NCBI GenBank assembly: GCA_016748015.1
Contig: JAAOMT010000512.1
Span: 1,684,893 to 1,748,892, forward strand
Direction of reading: 5' to 3'
DNA length: 64,000 bases
Source of the DNA: Geosiphon pyriformis uo1
Taxonomy: Eukaryota; Fungi; Glomeromycota
A model generated the notes under the pieces. That model was not told the DNA's origin. It searched no databases and saw nothing but the letters and a program-made list of their open reading frames with translations. Numbering within the stretch: position 1 is the first letter of the stretch; each line of letters begins with the position of its first letter. A program made the position numbers and the translations under genes. This document shows positions 1 to 15,000 of the stretch, piece after piece.

Positions 1-2575
1 CTGCATAAGATATTTGAGACTTGATCAGCCAGCAATTCCAAGGAATGTTTCAGCAAAGCCAAGCAATTATTAATTAAGAAGTCATTCTGAGCAACTAGTG
101 TGTTATCCTTATCAGTTGAGGTATCAGAAAAAGGAGAGCCAGACCCAGAACCAAAGTTGAAATAAAAACCACCAGAAAAAGAAGCAAGCAAAACCACTTG
201 CACCCAAGATTTGCTACCAAAGACAACAGGACAGGAAATAAGAATACTTTTTTTTGCATACAACTTGGCCAGCTGAAGATGACATTCCTCTGAACAGATC
301 TTCATAACAGGATATGAGGGCCTGGAAGTAGACATAGTTGGCACGTTACATTTCAAAGCAGAATGACCAAAGCATCCACATGGTTTACAACAAACCAAAT
401 TCATTTTAGCCCAAAAAAGCTTAACACCACCAAATATTGGCTCAATGTAATATGCAGATTCCAATTCCTTTTCAGATTCAAAACCAACCACAGCACAGTG
501 AACTCAGTTGTTAGAATCTATTGATCAATTAATAACACAAGTTTTCCCACCAGCTCTATCCAAAAGGATGCCCAAATTATAAGCAGTCATTCTTATAGGC
601 AAAGTAAACAACAAAGCCCTGAACTGATCTCTTGATGTCTATGTTTTACAATCTCTCACAGCTATAGCCATGCACACTAAATCTTTACCAATCAAAAGGG
701 ACCATTTAGCAGCCAATTGTTTAGTCTGATCTAGTTCAGCAAATTCTATCACAATTTTTTGCCACAATCCAATAAGTTGAATTTTGATCAACTTAATTTC
801 ACCAAACTCAGCTAGTGCAGTGACGATCATTTCTTTTGGCATATTCATGGGAATTTCTTTGACCACCACAGTCCGATCTGAATGGATTCCTTGTTTTTTG
901 AGATTGCTGTTTACATTAATCCCTTTTTCTCTGGCCAATGAAGCAGCCATATTCATGCTTTTTTTGGAAGTGAAAGTAGATCAGATGATCTCTTTAAATT
1001 TCGAGGGAGTAGTGGTCTTCTTAAAACCATTGACTAATGAAAAAATTTTTCTAATTAACTGAGTTTTTGTCATCACTGATTTATCTTCCACAGCTAAGAG
1101 ATTAATATTCAAAGTAAATGATTTTTTGACTGACACCTCTACTGAAATCTTGATGATTTTTGGGTCTATCCACTTCTTGTTTAAAAAAATAAGCAAGCGA
1201 GGAGGAAGCACAACTTCATCATCATCTATATTATAATTGGGGGAACTAAGAAGAGATCTAAGAACAACACTAGTGTTCACTCTCTTTGTCTTGGAGGTAT
1301 TAGTTGCTGAGCCCAAAAAAAACCCACTGTCAACATCTTCCATAATAATGTTGTCTTCTTTACTACTGAACTCACTTTCTAAATCCAAATACATGCCACC
1401 AGAACCAGATTTGTGCAAAAAAACATCTCTCTCATTATCTGAGTGCTTAATATTACCTAGAACTACTCTTTTTTTCTGGTGTTATGGTTTAAGAATTTAG
1501 CAAAAAAAAAAAGAATCATAAAAATAATACAAACTATTCAATCATAATATAGCACAGTAATAATCTTAGAAAGGTAATGATTAACATAGTAGCAAACACC
1601 ATCTCGCAATAGTGGCAAGCACCAGTTCACAATAGCAGCCAACACCAACTGGTAATAGCAGCAAACACCAGGTTGAAATATCAAAAAGAAAGTATTACAA
1701 TGTGTTTTCTCGTAGAACTACAAACATGTATATATACAGTAGTTTTAATATTGGGAAATAATCAATCAAGTAATAAAAATCATAACTTATCAAGTAATAG
1801 ATCCAATTTTATCCAAACAAACTTCACTTTAAATCATATTTTCAAATTAAATATCCCAAAAAACCTTTAAAATCAAAAAGAAATGAAAAAGAATATTTAA
1901 AACTGAACTATCACAACCCAAAGTATTAAGAAACTTATTTGTATTATTTATTGAATGAAACTATCATTCATCAACTGAATCCCTTGGAAGAATAATCCTT
2001 GATCAAGATTATTCACGTTGTTACTAATTGATAAAAGCTTTATTGTAAGAATTAGAAAAGTGCTAAAGACCATTAACATTCTGTGTTTTTAGATTAGAGA
2101 AATACATCAGGCAATTGCAAGAATAGCCTCAGAGAAGACCCCAAACAGTGGATAGATTTCAGTTCAGCCTCTGAAAAAGAGTACATAAACACACACAACA
2201 ATCAAGAATTGAAGAATAACTTATATCGCAACAGTAAAAAGAAAGCCTTCAGTGTAACAGTGACATTATCACACAAATAGAATTGAGGAACTCACAAAAG
2301 ACTGATTGCAATTAAAGCGGGATATCAGCAATTAAATATAACAAAAAAACCATCCCGTAACACTGGAAAAAAGAGCCGCCAATAGGACTATAGAAAGCAC
2401 TCTTGGGCATCTTCTTTTTAAACATATCACCGCTTAAAGCAGTCTTTAAATCCATGATAAAAAAGTTATTATTTAAAGAAATATTGAAAAAACTAATAAG
2501 AAAAAACAAAAAAACTTTTTTTTCAGAAAATACACTTATTGAGGATTTTTGAAGGTAAGAAAAAAAGAAGTTTTT
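1..2575 (-). mobile_element. LINE copy A, 5' part (5' UTR + decayed ORF1), truncated by window start, interrupted by a solo LTR
   Basis: Minus-strand ORF fragments 639-956, 981-1418 and 2312-2509 are collinear with ORF1 of the intact copies (VVKEIPMNMPKEMIVTALAEFGEIK..QLIGLWQK; TPSKF). ATG at 2455. The 5' UTR resembles 61853-61920. Confidence 0.88.
1480..2362. mobile_element. Solo LTR (family S), copy 1
   Basis: TGTTA...TAACA termini, perfect 4-bp TSD CTGG (1476-1479 / 2363-2366), interrupts LINE ORF1, highly similar to 41396-42268. Confidence 0.93.
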
Positions 2576-2784
2576 TATATTTTATAATTAGTGTTTTTAT
2601 AAATAATATAATTTAAATTTGTTTTTTATTTAATATATTTTAAACATAATAAATAAATTTTTTAAGATTAATAATATTTTAATTAATACAAACAAAACAA
2701 TAATTATTTTATTTAATTAGTATATATAAAATCTTATTTTATTTATTAATGAGTTGCCAATTTTAATAACAAAAAATAAAAATA

Positions 2785-5700
2785 CAAAAAAACTTTTTTC
2801 TCTTTTATGTTCCAAATTTCCAGAGAGCATAATTTTAATAAAGAAGTTTTTTGTTTTTTTTATTGTTTTTATCAATATTTTTTAACTTAATAACTTTTTT
2901 GTTGTGAACTTAAAAGCTGTTTTAAGCAGCAATATGTTTAAAAAAAAAGCACCCAAAAGAATTTTTTATGGTTCTGCTGGTGGTTTTTTTTCTCAAAAAA
3001 AAGTAGTTCTTGGTAATATTAAATACTTTGGTAATAAAAGAAACATTTTTTTAGTCAAATCTGGTTTTAACAATAATATGTTTTCAAATATAGATGGTAA
3101 TTCTAGTAATGGTAAATATAGTGGCTTTGTAACTAGTATTGATGGTAATTTTTTTTTTGGTTTGGCTGTTATCACTCTCAAGACTAAAAAAATAATTCCT
3201 ATTATAGTTTTTGGCTCTTTACTTGAATTTTTTGATTTTGATATAAATAAAAAAGTTGAATTTTTCTTACTTTTCCTTAGTATTTTATTAGAGAAAATAA
3301 ATCAACCCTAAAATTACCAAAACTTAAGTAAAAATACCTGTTAAAAAATTTTTTATATTGAACATTAATCTTTTGACTATAAAAAAAAATCAGTAATAAC
3401 AAAACTTAGTTTATTAGAAAAATTTTTTTATTAGTCAATGGATTTGAAGAGATCACTACTCTCTTAAAATTTGAAAAAATTATTTTATATTTAAAGAAAA
3501 TATAAAGAAAGCCATGTTATTGGCTGAAAATAAGAGAATTATTATAAACAATAATATTAAAAAACAAAAAATTTGTTTAGATTGGGCCATAGTTATTAAA
3601 AAAAATTTTATAAATATGCCAAAAAAAATAATTGTTGTAGCTTTTTTTGAGTTTGGTCAAGTAATGTTAATTCAATTACAATTAATTAAGCTGTAACAAA
3701 AGCCTGTAATAAAATTTGCCAAATTTAATCAGACTAATTAATTGGTAGCAAAGTGGTTATTTCTTATCAGAAAAAATTTAGTGCATATAGCAAAGATTAT
3801 AGAAGATCAGGATGTTTGAATGTCTAAGAATTAATTCAGGACACTTTTATTTATCTTGCTAGTAAAAACAACTGCTTATAATCTTGGTATTCTTGTTAAA
3901 AAGACTGGTAAAAAAATATATATTATTTATTGATTATTTAAAAATAACAATAGGATTTGCTGTAATGTTATTGGTTTTAAATCAGATAAAACATTGGAAT
4001 TTGTCTTTTATACAGAGCCTATTTTTAGTGGTATTAAGCTTTTTTGAATCAAATTGGATTTGGTTTATTGTAAAAAGTATGGACATTTTGGATATTCTTT
4101 TTTAAAATCTAACACTTTTGGTTTTTTTATTTCTTTATCTACAAAAGTATTTAAAAAAGTTACTTTAAATAAAATTTTTTTTCAGTTAACCAAATTGTAT
4201 GCCAAAAAAAACATTTTTATTTTTTGTTTTGCTGCTTTTGGTGGCAAATTATAAGTTTAAATAGTCTTAGTGGCTTTAGTTTTTAGCACTTTGTTATCTG
4301 GTTTTGATTTTGGTACTTTTTTTCCAGATGTTTTGGGTTTTAATAGAAAAGCTTTATTCACTTTATTGAATGATTTTTCTGTGTATGCTTGTTTGGCTTC
4401 TTTGAAATGTTTTTTAGAATTGCTGGCTAATTAGGTCTTTAGTGTTATACATAAACTCAGTAATATGATTTCAGTCCTAATGGCTTCTCCTCCTTCTTTT
4501 TATGTTCTCATAAACTTACCAACATTTGGTCTTAATATAGATTCAAGCATAATATTAAACAACTTATAAGTTTTACCTTTTTTGTTTTTTCTAACTTTTG
4601 CTAAAACTTTAGTATTGGGTCTAAGCAGCTCAAAAGTTTTAACCACCAAGATGAGCAGTCTGGAATCAAAATTAATAGTTTTCAAGATTTTTGTTAATTC
4701 AGTTTTAATGAAATTGGATCTATTGTGTGTTGGCTTAAGTTTTTTGGCATTTCTTTTATTTCAATAAATGATTTAATTTGGAAAATTGTGACTTGTAATG
4801 TTAAAGGTATAAATAATTTAGCTAAACAGGAGAACATTGTCAAATAGCACAAGGATTCTGGCAATTTGATCTTTATTGTTACTGAGACAAAGCTTAAAAA
4901 CTAAACTGGGCCTTGGATTAAAAACAGGTTTTCTGGTTTGAAAGTTTTTAGCTCTGAATTAAACAATAAACATTTGGGTTCAAAGATAACAATTGTGTTA
5001 AATAAGGATCTTGCTTATTATGTGTGCAAAATTTCTAAGATTTTTGGCCATTTTTTTTCTATTTGTTTTCTTTTTGCTAATAAAATTTTAGTAACAATTT
5101 TGGATTTATATACTGGTGCTTTAATTAATGTGAGATTTAACCAGACTTGTGAGATAAATTTATTTATTGTCAAGACTGTTAATTCAAGTTTATATATGAT
5201 ATTCAGTAATAATTTCAATAAAAATAGGGCAAAATGCAGTGTAAATTTCAAAAAGTGTTTAAATATAAAATTGTACAACACACTTTTGGACAGTTTTTTT
5301 TCTAAAAGTCTAACATAGATCAATTATAAGAGAGTAAAAAAAACTATTAACTATATTTTTGTCAGTAAGCATTTTTTAATGGCTATAATAGAATAAAATG
5401 TCAACAGTATATCTGATTTTTTTAATACTGACTATTTAGCTGTCTTTGTTTTTTTAAGTCTGAGTAGTTTTTTAAACAAGTATTTAAATACAATATAAAA
5501 ACAAGCTAACAAAAATTGATGAAAATTCAAATTCAAAGATTCAAATATTGTCAAATAGACTTATTTTATAAATTGCTTTTCTGCTAAGATGTTATTAATA
5601 GTAAATAAGTTTTTGAATGCTAAGAAGCTTGGCAGTTTGAATTCTATATAAAAAATTCTAAGCAAAATAATAACAGACTTAACAGATTTGATTTTCTCTA

Positions 5701-8700
5701 AACAATAGTTTAATATTTTTAATTGTTTTAGAAACAAATATTTTTTTAGGTTTTACAGATTTGAATTGTTAATTGCTAAGATAATTAAAACTTTTAACTC
5801 AAGTAATGATTTAGAATTTGCTTATTTAATTAAAGTTTGGTCAGTTTTTAATAAGATAGAAACTTTTAAAGTTAATAGCATGCTTAATATAAATACCAGT
5901 TCCTTAGATATCATTAAATAATTATTAATGATTAAAAAAAATTATCATAAGTCCAAGTATTGTGAATTAAAACTGGTTAAGAGTGCATTCATCAACAGAG
6001 CAATTAAAAAACATATGGAAAATTTTAGTTTAGATAAGAAAAGTATAATTAAAAATGTTTTAGAACAATATTTTTGTAAAATAATACTAGATTATTTAAT
6101 AGTTGAAGAAGAAATAATTTTAAAGCCAATTAATATAAAACTTAAGGTTGATAAAATTATAGTGAATTAGACAAGAAAATAAAAGATACTTGCAGTAATA
6201 CCAAAATTATGGTTTTATTAATACAAACTTTTAAGCAACATAAAAAAAAGTGTTTTCTTTGATGTTATAGATAAAATCAACATAAATAATTTGGCTTTGT
6301 TATTAAGAATCTACTTGATGACAAAGTTGTTGGCCTTTTAGATATCTCAAATAAACTCTAAAAATACTATAAAAATATAGTATTATAATGCTTTTTAGAT
6401 CTGTTAAACTCTTGTTTATTATATAGTAATGTTCTGGCTTCTTAAAAAAATACTTGGGTTTTAATGATTTCTAAGTTTTATGATTGGAATGGAAATTTTA
6501 TAAACACATGACTAATTGTTTTGATTAAAATAACTCAAAAAATTTTGTTAAAGATTTTATCAGACTATATATCTTTAGCATGTAATAAATTTAATAAGAT
6601 AATATCATTTAAAAGCTAGTTTAAAACAAATTAAAATGTGTAATAAGTTTATTAAGTTTTTTGGAAATATTTACTTAAACAGAATTAACAAAATAATAAC
6701 TGATTTTGGTTTCTTAAATAGTTACAAGATAGTAAATAGTCTTAATCAGAATGAAGTTTTTTTATCTTTTTTTTGAAGAATCTTCTATGATCTATTTTTA
6801 TGTAAAGTCAAAAGACATGAACATTTATGTAGTTACAAAATTAATTTAAAGTTTGTAGCAAAATCTGGCAAAGTAAAGACTTAGACTAGAATAATTACTT
6901 ACCTTGCCACTAAAGTATTTATGAATAATACAATTTGAATAAACAATAACTAGACTACTATACAGTATATTTTAAACATAACCAGTAAATTTTTTGCAAT
7001 TAATAATATTTTTATAAACACTAAAAAAACTGTTGTTATTATTATTAATCAAAGAATTAGAGATGTTTTCTTGTTTATTAGTAACTTATTGATTGTAGTA
7101 GTTAAGAAGAGCAAATTTTATTAATATTTGGATATATTTTTATTAACAGAAAGACTATTAAAGTCTAATTTAGTCAAAACATAATCAGATGTACAGTTTT
7201 TTTCAAACACAGTTTTGTGCAAAGCTATTTCTAATAAACAATTCTGTTATTTGGTTTCCTTAGTTCTGTAGTTTGTTATTAATTACAAAATGCAATTTAG
7301 TTTTATTCCTAAAAGCATTTACATTAAACAAGATACTATAATCAAAAAGACATAAAGCTTAAATCAGATCTTTTATGTAATTTTTTTATAGATGCTTTGC
7401 TATATCTATCTCTTTATGATGTAAAAACTTTTAGCCAAGTACAAGTTAAAAGTAAGTTTTCTTCTATTATGAGTTTTGTGAATGCTCCTAATGTCTTAGA
7501 GCAGCTTTTTATCTATTAATGTTTAGATTTGCAAATTTACAGTTGATTACCAGTACATCTCTTGTGTTATTTTATTAGATTAAAAGTTAGTCTTAAGGAT
7601 AATTTTTTAACCAGAATTGTAAAAAAAAATTTATTTTATGATTTGTTTTTTTTGCAGTTTTGCCAAGTGTTTTTTATTTTTTTGGTGAGATGTCAATGTT
7701 TGAAATTCTTAAAAGTACAAGCTTCTTTAAAATAATTCATTCTCTAAGACACTATAGTATAGTGTTTGTAAAACAGTTGCTAAACAAAAGAGAAAATTGT
7801 TTTAATTAAAAGTGTTTTAGACATTAGAAATATTTGGATTTGTAGAATTCTGTTTCTGTTTGATTTAGCTTAACTGCTCAGTTTTTAAAAAACAAATTAG
7901 CTATAGCTTACAGTATGTCTCAATTTTCTGGTATAAGTTCCTTTGATCTCAATACAGCAGATCCAATTAACTTTATTAGAAACAAATTGCTAAGATTTGA
8001 TTTAAGTTTTTTTAATATATACATAAATAGTTTTGTCAAAAGTTTTAGTTTGGCTTTGGTTAATGGAAGAGCTATAACATTTTTTTTTGATATTAATTTT
8101 GGTGTTAGGATTAAGATCTATAATATTATGTTATTAACTTTAACTAAGCTTAAGACTATTTTTATTATACTTGTTTGTATGTCTGTGAGTTGCAGTATAA
8201 CTGTAAATTCAGACAGCCAGACTGTTATTTACACTTGTATTGATGAATTAAAATTGTTTTTATCTGATTTCAAAAAGTGCTAATAGATAAAATAACATCA
8301 AATTATCAATTTTATTAAAGAAAAAGCACTTATAATATTTTGAATTAAGATTAAAAGACATATTAGTGTTGTGAAAAATGTGCTTGTTAATAAGCTAACC
8401 TTTGATATTTGCTTTTTTAATTTATTTTTTTCTACTATAGTTCATAAGCTTTTTATGCTTTCAAGTAATATGACATTGTTTTACAATATTTGTTATTATA
8501 TTAGAGATTTTTACAGAACTTTATATTGTGCTAAATGAGAAAATAGGTTCAGATTTATGGTGGAAAGTATTTGTAATGTCTATAAAATAGACTGGAAAAA
8601 AACTTTTAAGATTTGGCATCCTAGTAAACATATGGCTTTTGGCTTTACAAACTGCTTATTGGCTGTTTTGTAAATTTATCTTATAAAGACTTTGGATGAG

Positions 8701-9442
8701 CATCTGCTAATAACTATTCAGAAATATCTGTACAATACATCATATTCAAGCATAAGATGCATATTTTGTGAAGAAATTAATATTTTTGATCATGTTTTTA
8801 AATGTTTTTATAATTATGCTATTTGTAACAAGATACTATTTAAGTTTAGAAAGTAGTGAACATTTTTATTAAATGTTATAGTATTATCTTCTGTGGTCAT
8901 CTAGAATTTATCTTTTTGTAAATATAACATTGGTTTGTATTTTGCTCTAATAAAAAGTTTCATGCTTAAAAGTTGATATTATAAAGCTTTGGCTTTTTTA
9001 AATAATCTTGAATTGGCTAAAATAAGAGTTGTTTTATTTATAAGTAACTTGATATTAATTTACAGATTTGAAATATGATATTACAAAACTGAGTACAAAG
9101 CCAATAAGAAAAAAAATAGATTAATATTATTCAATAACAATGTTTTATCTAAAGTTATCAATAATATAAGCAAATTAAATAATAGAGTAATTATATTGCT
9201 TAATGTAAAAGAAAATAAGAGTGTTTATTCTAACATGTATTCTAAATGCTTATTTTTTTTAGGTTTGGATAATAATATAGTAACTTTGGCAGATTTGTAA
9301 TATAGTTTTAATTAACTCAAGTAACTAATTACATGTAACAAATACATAAATTGTATTTAGTTTATAATATATATATGTTGTATATTTCTAGATAGCTATT
9401 AAATTACACTTGTTAAATCAAATAAAAATAAAAATAAAAAAT
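2785..9442 (+). mobile_element. LINE copy B, full length, heavily decayed
   Basis: Collinear remnants of ORF1 (2904-4767), APE (about 4768, LIWKIVTCNVKGIN), RT, RNase H (7915-8283) and C-terminal CxxC, followed by the family 3' UTR and an A-rich tail. Many stops; internal RT deletion near 6595. Confidence 0.88.
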
Positions 9443-9991
9443 TTACAAATAGTATTGTATATTTTTAATGTTTATATTATATATATAGTATATATAAACA
9501 TATTAAAATATTATTTAATATTTATATTTATTATTTATCTGAAAATTAGATTGTTATTAAACAATATTTATGTTTCCAATATTTTTATTAATAGAATCTT
9601 ATATTTAAATATTTTTTTTTAAAAAAATATTAATAATATTGTTATTATTCATATTATTAAAACAAAAAAATTAATTAAAATAATTTATTACAAAACATAT
9701 ATTAAAATATTAAGCCAAAATAAAAAAAATTCAGCATCTAAAAAATGTGTATATTTTATTAAAAAAACAACACTAAAACAAAGAATTAAGTATATATTTA
9801 AAAAAAAATTTATAAAATTATATATAATTTTTTATTATTAGTTCTAAATTTGTTATATAATACTGTATTTATATTTTTAAATTTTTAACTCACAAAGTTA
9901 TTATACAATTTTTTTATGAACTTAATAATTATATTATTAATTTTTATTATATTATAATAATAATGATTACATATTAATTATTATTATTTTT
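9443..9991. other. Extremely AT-rich low-complexity spacer
   Basis: Almost only A/T; no credible ORF. Confidence 0.7.
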
Positions 9992-10084
9992 CTTAGAGCA
10001 AAGTTATTCTGCCAAAGAAATACATTTCCTTTATACCTTTTCCCTTTTGTTTTCGTCGCTATTTCTCTGGACACACCTATATTT

Positions 10085-12043
10085 ATGGCTATGGATCTGG
10101 CTGGCTCTTCTGCTGGTGTTTCGGGCTCGATTTCGACTGGGTTGGGGTCCTGGTCAGGCTCTAAGAAGAAGGCTCGCGTTGAGAGTGTTTACTCTCGTGG
10201 TGCCTCCTTCAAGAAAGTGAGGAAATCTGTCATTTCTGGTACTGTGGTAGATTCTCCAGCTGGACTTTTGTATGCAGACCCGTTGCTGGCTAATGGCGGT
10301 GAACGTAAGGCATCTTGGGGTAGTGAAGTGGAGAACGAGAGTAACAACGTCAGAGAGGTGTCTGACTTGGAGGATATGGAAAACTTGGTTGCCGAAGAAA
10401 CTAGTTACATCAATTCCAACACCTCTGGAAACGACGACTTGATGGATGACGTTACTCCGAGGAAGACGAGGACGTATGTCTTAGACAAGCCGCCAAAACA
10501 ACCTTCTTTCAACCTGGAAAACGACGACAATAGTGTTTTGGAGCTCCCTCCTCGCATGTTTGTTGGGTCCAATCAGTTGCCGCCGCCCAAGTCATGTGGT
10601 TTAGAGTGTTATCATTTCGAGCCAGTAAAATCTTTCGCTTTAGATGTGGAGTTGTCAGCTGTGCCTGGAAAGTCAAATAGTAATAAGTTGTTTAAGGTCA
10701 AAAAGATTTTTTATAAAATTGACAGTTTTGGGGGTGCTTTGACTCCCTCAAAATTTCCTGAAGTCATTAGGTCAACTTTCACAAGTGAGTCTAGTTTGGT
10801 TAAGGCCAGAGAGTTGGCGATCTGTGAAAAAATATTGGTAAATAATGATCTAAGAAAAGTAAACAGCCATTCAGATCGGGAGGTGATTGTCAAAGAAATC
10901 CCAGTAGATCTTCCCAAATCGGCAATTGAGGCAGTGTTCTTCAGGTTTGGCAAAATTGTTTCTATCAAAGTGCAGCTTATTGGTCTTTGACAAAAGGCCC
11001 TGGTAGAATATGAATCATCTAAGATGGCTGATTTGGTCGCCGCTAGATGGTCTGTGCTCATGGGAAAGGATTCAGTCCGAGTGGCAAAAGCAAGTATTGA
11101 TAAACAAATGTGGGTATCGAGGGATCAGCATCAGGCTTTACTTTATACTCTTCCAGTTGGCACTAATGCTCATGACCTCTCCAATTTGTTGGAATCATAT
11201 GGTGGAAAGACTTGTTATATCGGCCGTAACCCTAGTTCATATGTTCGTGATAGATGTGCTGTAATTTGTTTTGGTGATGAGGCATCCAAATTGGCTGCTA
11301 TTGGTACTGTTCCAGTTTTCAGGAATGTGAGTTTGCGTTGGGCTGGTCTTTCTTTGGCCAGTTGTGCTCATTGTAAACAATTTGGTCATGTTTCGGTCAA
11401 TTGTTCCTTGGGTGTATATTCTGGTGTTCGAAGAAGAAAGATGGTTTCTGAGCAAGATCGGGTTCGTCTAGCTGGGATATATAAGAAGAAGTCGGCCCCT
11501 GTTGCTCGTTCAGTTTCTTTTGGTGGGAAAACGTGGGCCCAAGTGGCAGGCAGTTCCCCCTCTCGCATTGTCTTTTCAGGTGCTTCTGGTGTCAGTTTGG
11601 TCTCTGGTTCGATGGCCTTCTCAATGGATTCCTTCTCGTCTGGTGTCGCTGATCTAGGTGGTCGCCTAGCTGTGCTGGAACACTCCGTAAAAATTCTCTC
11701 AGACCAAGTCTCACTCATTTTAAAGAAGTTAAGTTTCGTTGACTTGATGCCATTGGCGTCTTCTCCCTCAGCTCTTCCTTTGGTGTCTCCAACTGCCGTT
11801 GTTTCAGATATGAACCCAGGTTTGGAGTTGGATGGCACGTTGTTGTCGTCTGTCTCTTCTTCTCCCAATGTTGGTGGGTCAGTTGTTGATTTCAGTCCGA
11901 GCAGTTCTAAGGTTTTGACTGCCAAGATTGGTGGTTTGGAATCGAATATGATGGCTTTTAAGGCTTCAGTTCACTCGGTCTTGGATAGATTGGATCATCT
12001 GCGTTCTGGATCAGGTTCATTGGCTTTTTCTCCATCTCAATGA
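10085..12043 (+). pseudogene. LINE ORF1 (RRM-like domains + CCHC zinc knuckle + coiled coil), one premature stop
   Basis: ORFs 10085-10990 and 11024-12043 are in the same frame. TGA at 10988 replaces the conserved Trp of QLIGLWQKA. Knuckle CAHCKQFGHVSVNC. Confidence 0.9.
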
Positions 12044-15000
12044 GTAGTTTGGTTTGGAAATTTGCTACGTGTAATGTTCGGGGTATCAATGTTCCTGCGA
12101 AACAAGCGGATGTTGTTTGTTGGCATGTGTACTCAGGAAATATGGTTTCCTTTATCACTGAGACTAAGTTGAGGTCTTCTTCTGGGCCGTGGATAAAGGA
12201 TAAGTTTGATGGAGTGCGAGTATTTTCTTCTGGCTTGGATAAGAGTTTCATGGGTGCTGGGGTTGCGATTGTTATGAACACTTCTTTGGCCCGTCATGTA
12301 TCTAAGGTGGAGAAGATTCCTGGTCGGGTTATTTCTGTTCGGCTCCTGTTTAAGGGCAAGCTCTCGGTTACTGTTTTGGGGTTGTATGCTGGTGCCTCCT
12401 CTGGGGCTAGATTTGGTCAGGCTTCTGAAGTTAACACCCTCATTGCAAAGGCAGTCAATTCCAGCAATTTTGTTGTCTTAGGTAGGGACCTTAATGAGAA
12501 TGGATCTGATAGAAGTGCTAGTTTCAAGTTTTGTTTGAGTTTGGGTTTGGTCAATTCATTTGTTGGTCATTATTTAGCTAATTCTTATATGTGGAGCAAT
12601 TCGAAAGGGGTTGGGAAAACGATTGATTACATTTTTGTTGGTGGTAACTTGTCTTCTGCTGTTGCTGGTCATCAAGTTGTCTCTGTTTCGGATTTCTTTG
12701 ACACCGGTCACAAGGCAGTTGTGGTTTCAGTCGGTTTGGGTGGGCTTCTAGATGTACAATTGAACAGTTTGCGCAAGCAGGCAAATAAGGATCGTTGGAA
12801 GTTCAAAATCAGGAATGCTGACTGTGTTGGATGGGCTAAGTTTAAGGATCTCTCGTCAGCTAAACTTTTGTCTTTGGTGAGGTGTTCTCTGGTGCCGAAA
12901 TACGTGGTGATGTGGATGCTATGTGGGCAGTTCTGGTGGGAGCTGTGGTAGATTCTGCTAATGTGACATTTTTGAGGCATTGGTTTAGTGAATTCAAGTG
13001 TTCAAGAAACCAACATTCTTCTAGGTTTTTTGGTCTGGAATTGTTGGTGGCCAAGATTGTCAAGAAATTTTGCTCTGGTGACTTGCTGGGCACTGATTGT
13101 CTTGTGAGTAAATGGTCAACTCTGGATGATGCGAAGGCTCATGCTTTCAAAGATTTGGTTGGCTCAGGTATTAAATCTGATGTTGTTGTTAGGCATTTGT
13201 CATTGGTTCGTAGAGATTACAGGAGGTTGAAGATGTTTGAGTCAAAGTTGACTGAGGAAGCTTCGGTTAGGAAGGCAATTGAGAAGCGCATGGATAATTT
13301 CTGTTCGGATAAGGGTAGTATGATCAGGAGTGTGTTGGAAAAGCCTTTTTGCAAGGTTGTGTTGGATCACTTAATAGTTGATGATGATCTGGTTTTGTTG
13401 CCTGAAGAGGTGAAGTCCAGTGTGGATGGAATAATGGAGGGGTGGATGAGAAAATGCTCTGTGCAATCAGTGCTTTCTGATCTTTGGGCTCATCAGTACG
13501 CGTCTTTGGCCTATGTTAGAGATGATGCTTTTTCAGGTGTTATGAGTGCGATCAGTATGGGCGAGTTACTTTCTGTTGTTGGTGGTCTTCCTGATGGCAA
13601 GGCTGCTGGTTTGTCTAGTGTTCCTAATGAATTATGGAAACATGGTGGTGAAGTAGTTTTGGGGTGCCTGCTGGCACTGTTTAATAAATGTTTGTCGGGT
13701 GGTGTGGTGCCTGTTTTGTGGAAGAGGGCTTGGGTGTCTATGATTCCTAAGCCTTATGACTGGGATGGAGTTCTTACGAACACTCGGCCCATTGCTTTGA
13801 TTGAGACTGCCAGGAAGATTCTTTCCAAGATTCTGTCTGACTGTATTTCAATGGCTTGTAGCAAGTTCAATGTTTTTCAGGGTGACAACTTTTTGGTGCT
13901 GAAGGGTATGTCAACACAATCTCCGGTGTTTGCTGTCGGTTTGGTAATTGAGGATGCTATTGAGAAGGATAGGGAGTTATGGTTGGTCTTGCAAGATATA
14001 CGGAAAGCTTACGATTCAGTTGGGTGGCATCATTTAAAAACTAGTTTGCGGCATGTCAAGATGTGTGAGAGGTTCATAAGGTTTTTTGGTGGTATTCATG
14101 AGGATAGAGTTAATAGGGTGATGACTGATTTTGGTTTGTCTGGTGGTTATAAGGTGCATGATGGGCTGGACCAGGGTGAGGTCTTTTCGCCACTTTTTTG
14201 GAGGATTTTTTACGATCCGCTTTTGTGTGAGGTTAAAAGGCACGAACAATTGTGTGGGTACCGGATTGATACTAAGTTTGTTTCGAAATCTGGCAGAATT
14301 GAGGGCAGTAGTGGTTTGACATCATATTTTTTGGCTGGTGCGTTTGTTGATGATACAATCTGGGTTGGAAATTGTCAAGCTTCTACTCAATATGCTCTGA
14401 ACATTGCCAGTGAATTTTTTGTGATCAATGACATTTCTATCAATAGTGAAAAGACGGTGGCTATTCCCATCAATCAGGACGTTAAAGTTGCTTCACTGAA
14501 CATTTGTGGTCAGCCAATCTCTATTGCCAAGAAGGGGGAAGCACATCGGTATCTGGGTATTTTTCTGTCGACTGAAGGGCTCTCCAAGCCAAATGTTGCC
14601 AAGACTCATGCGGATGTACGTTTCTTCGTCAATGTTGTGCTTAAAAAGGCTATTACGGACAAACAATTCTCGTATCTGGTGTCAGCTGTTTTGCAGCCTA
14701 TTGTTAGCTATCATACTCAGTTCAGTTTTGTCTCATCTAATGTTTGTCGCAAGTGGGATGTCTTGGTTAGAAAGGGTCTTAGGTCCAAGGCTTGTCTCCC
14801 CCATGATTTTCTTGACGCTGCTTTGCATCATCCCTCATTGTATGACCTAAAGCCTTTTGAGCAGGTGCAGTCTAAAGGGAAGGTTGCTGCTTTGATGGCA
14901 TTCTCTAATGCTTTTGACATTCTTGGGCATTTGTTTAGACATAGGTTTTTGGACCTACAGGTTCTTGGTTGGGCTCCTTTGGATCCTTTACAGTTTCCGG

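Noticed and set aside
9410-9622. Short Ile/Lys/Asn-rich ORFs in AT tracts (also 62145-62330)
   Set aside because: Compositional artefacts with no motifs.
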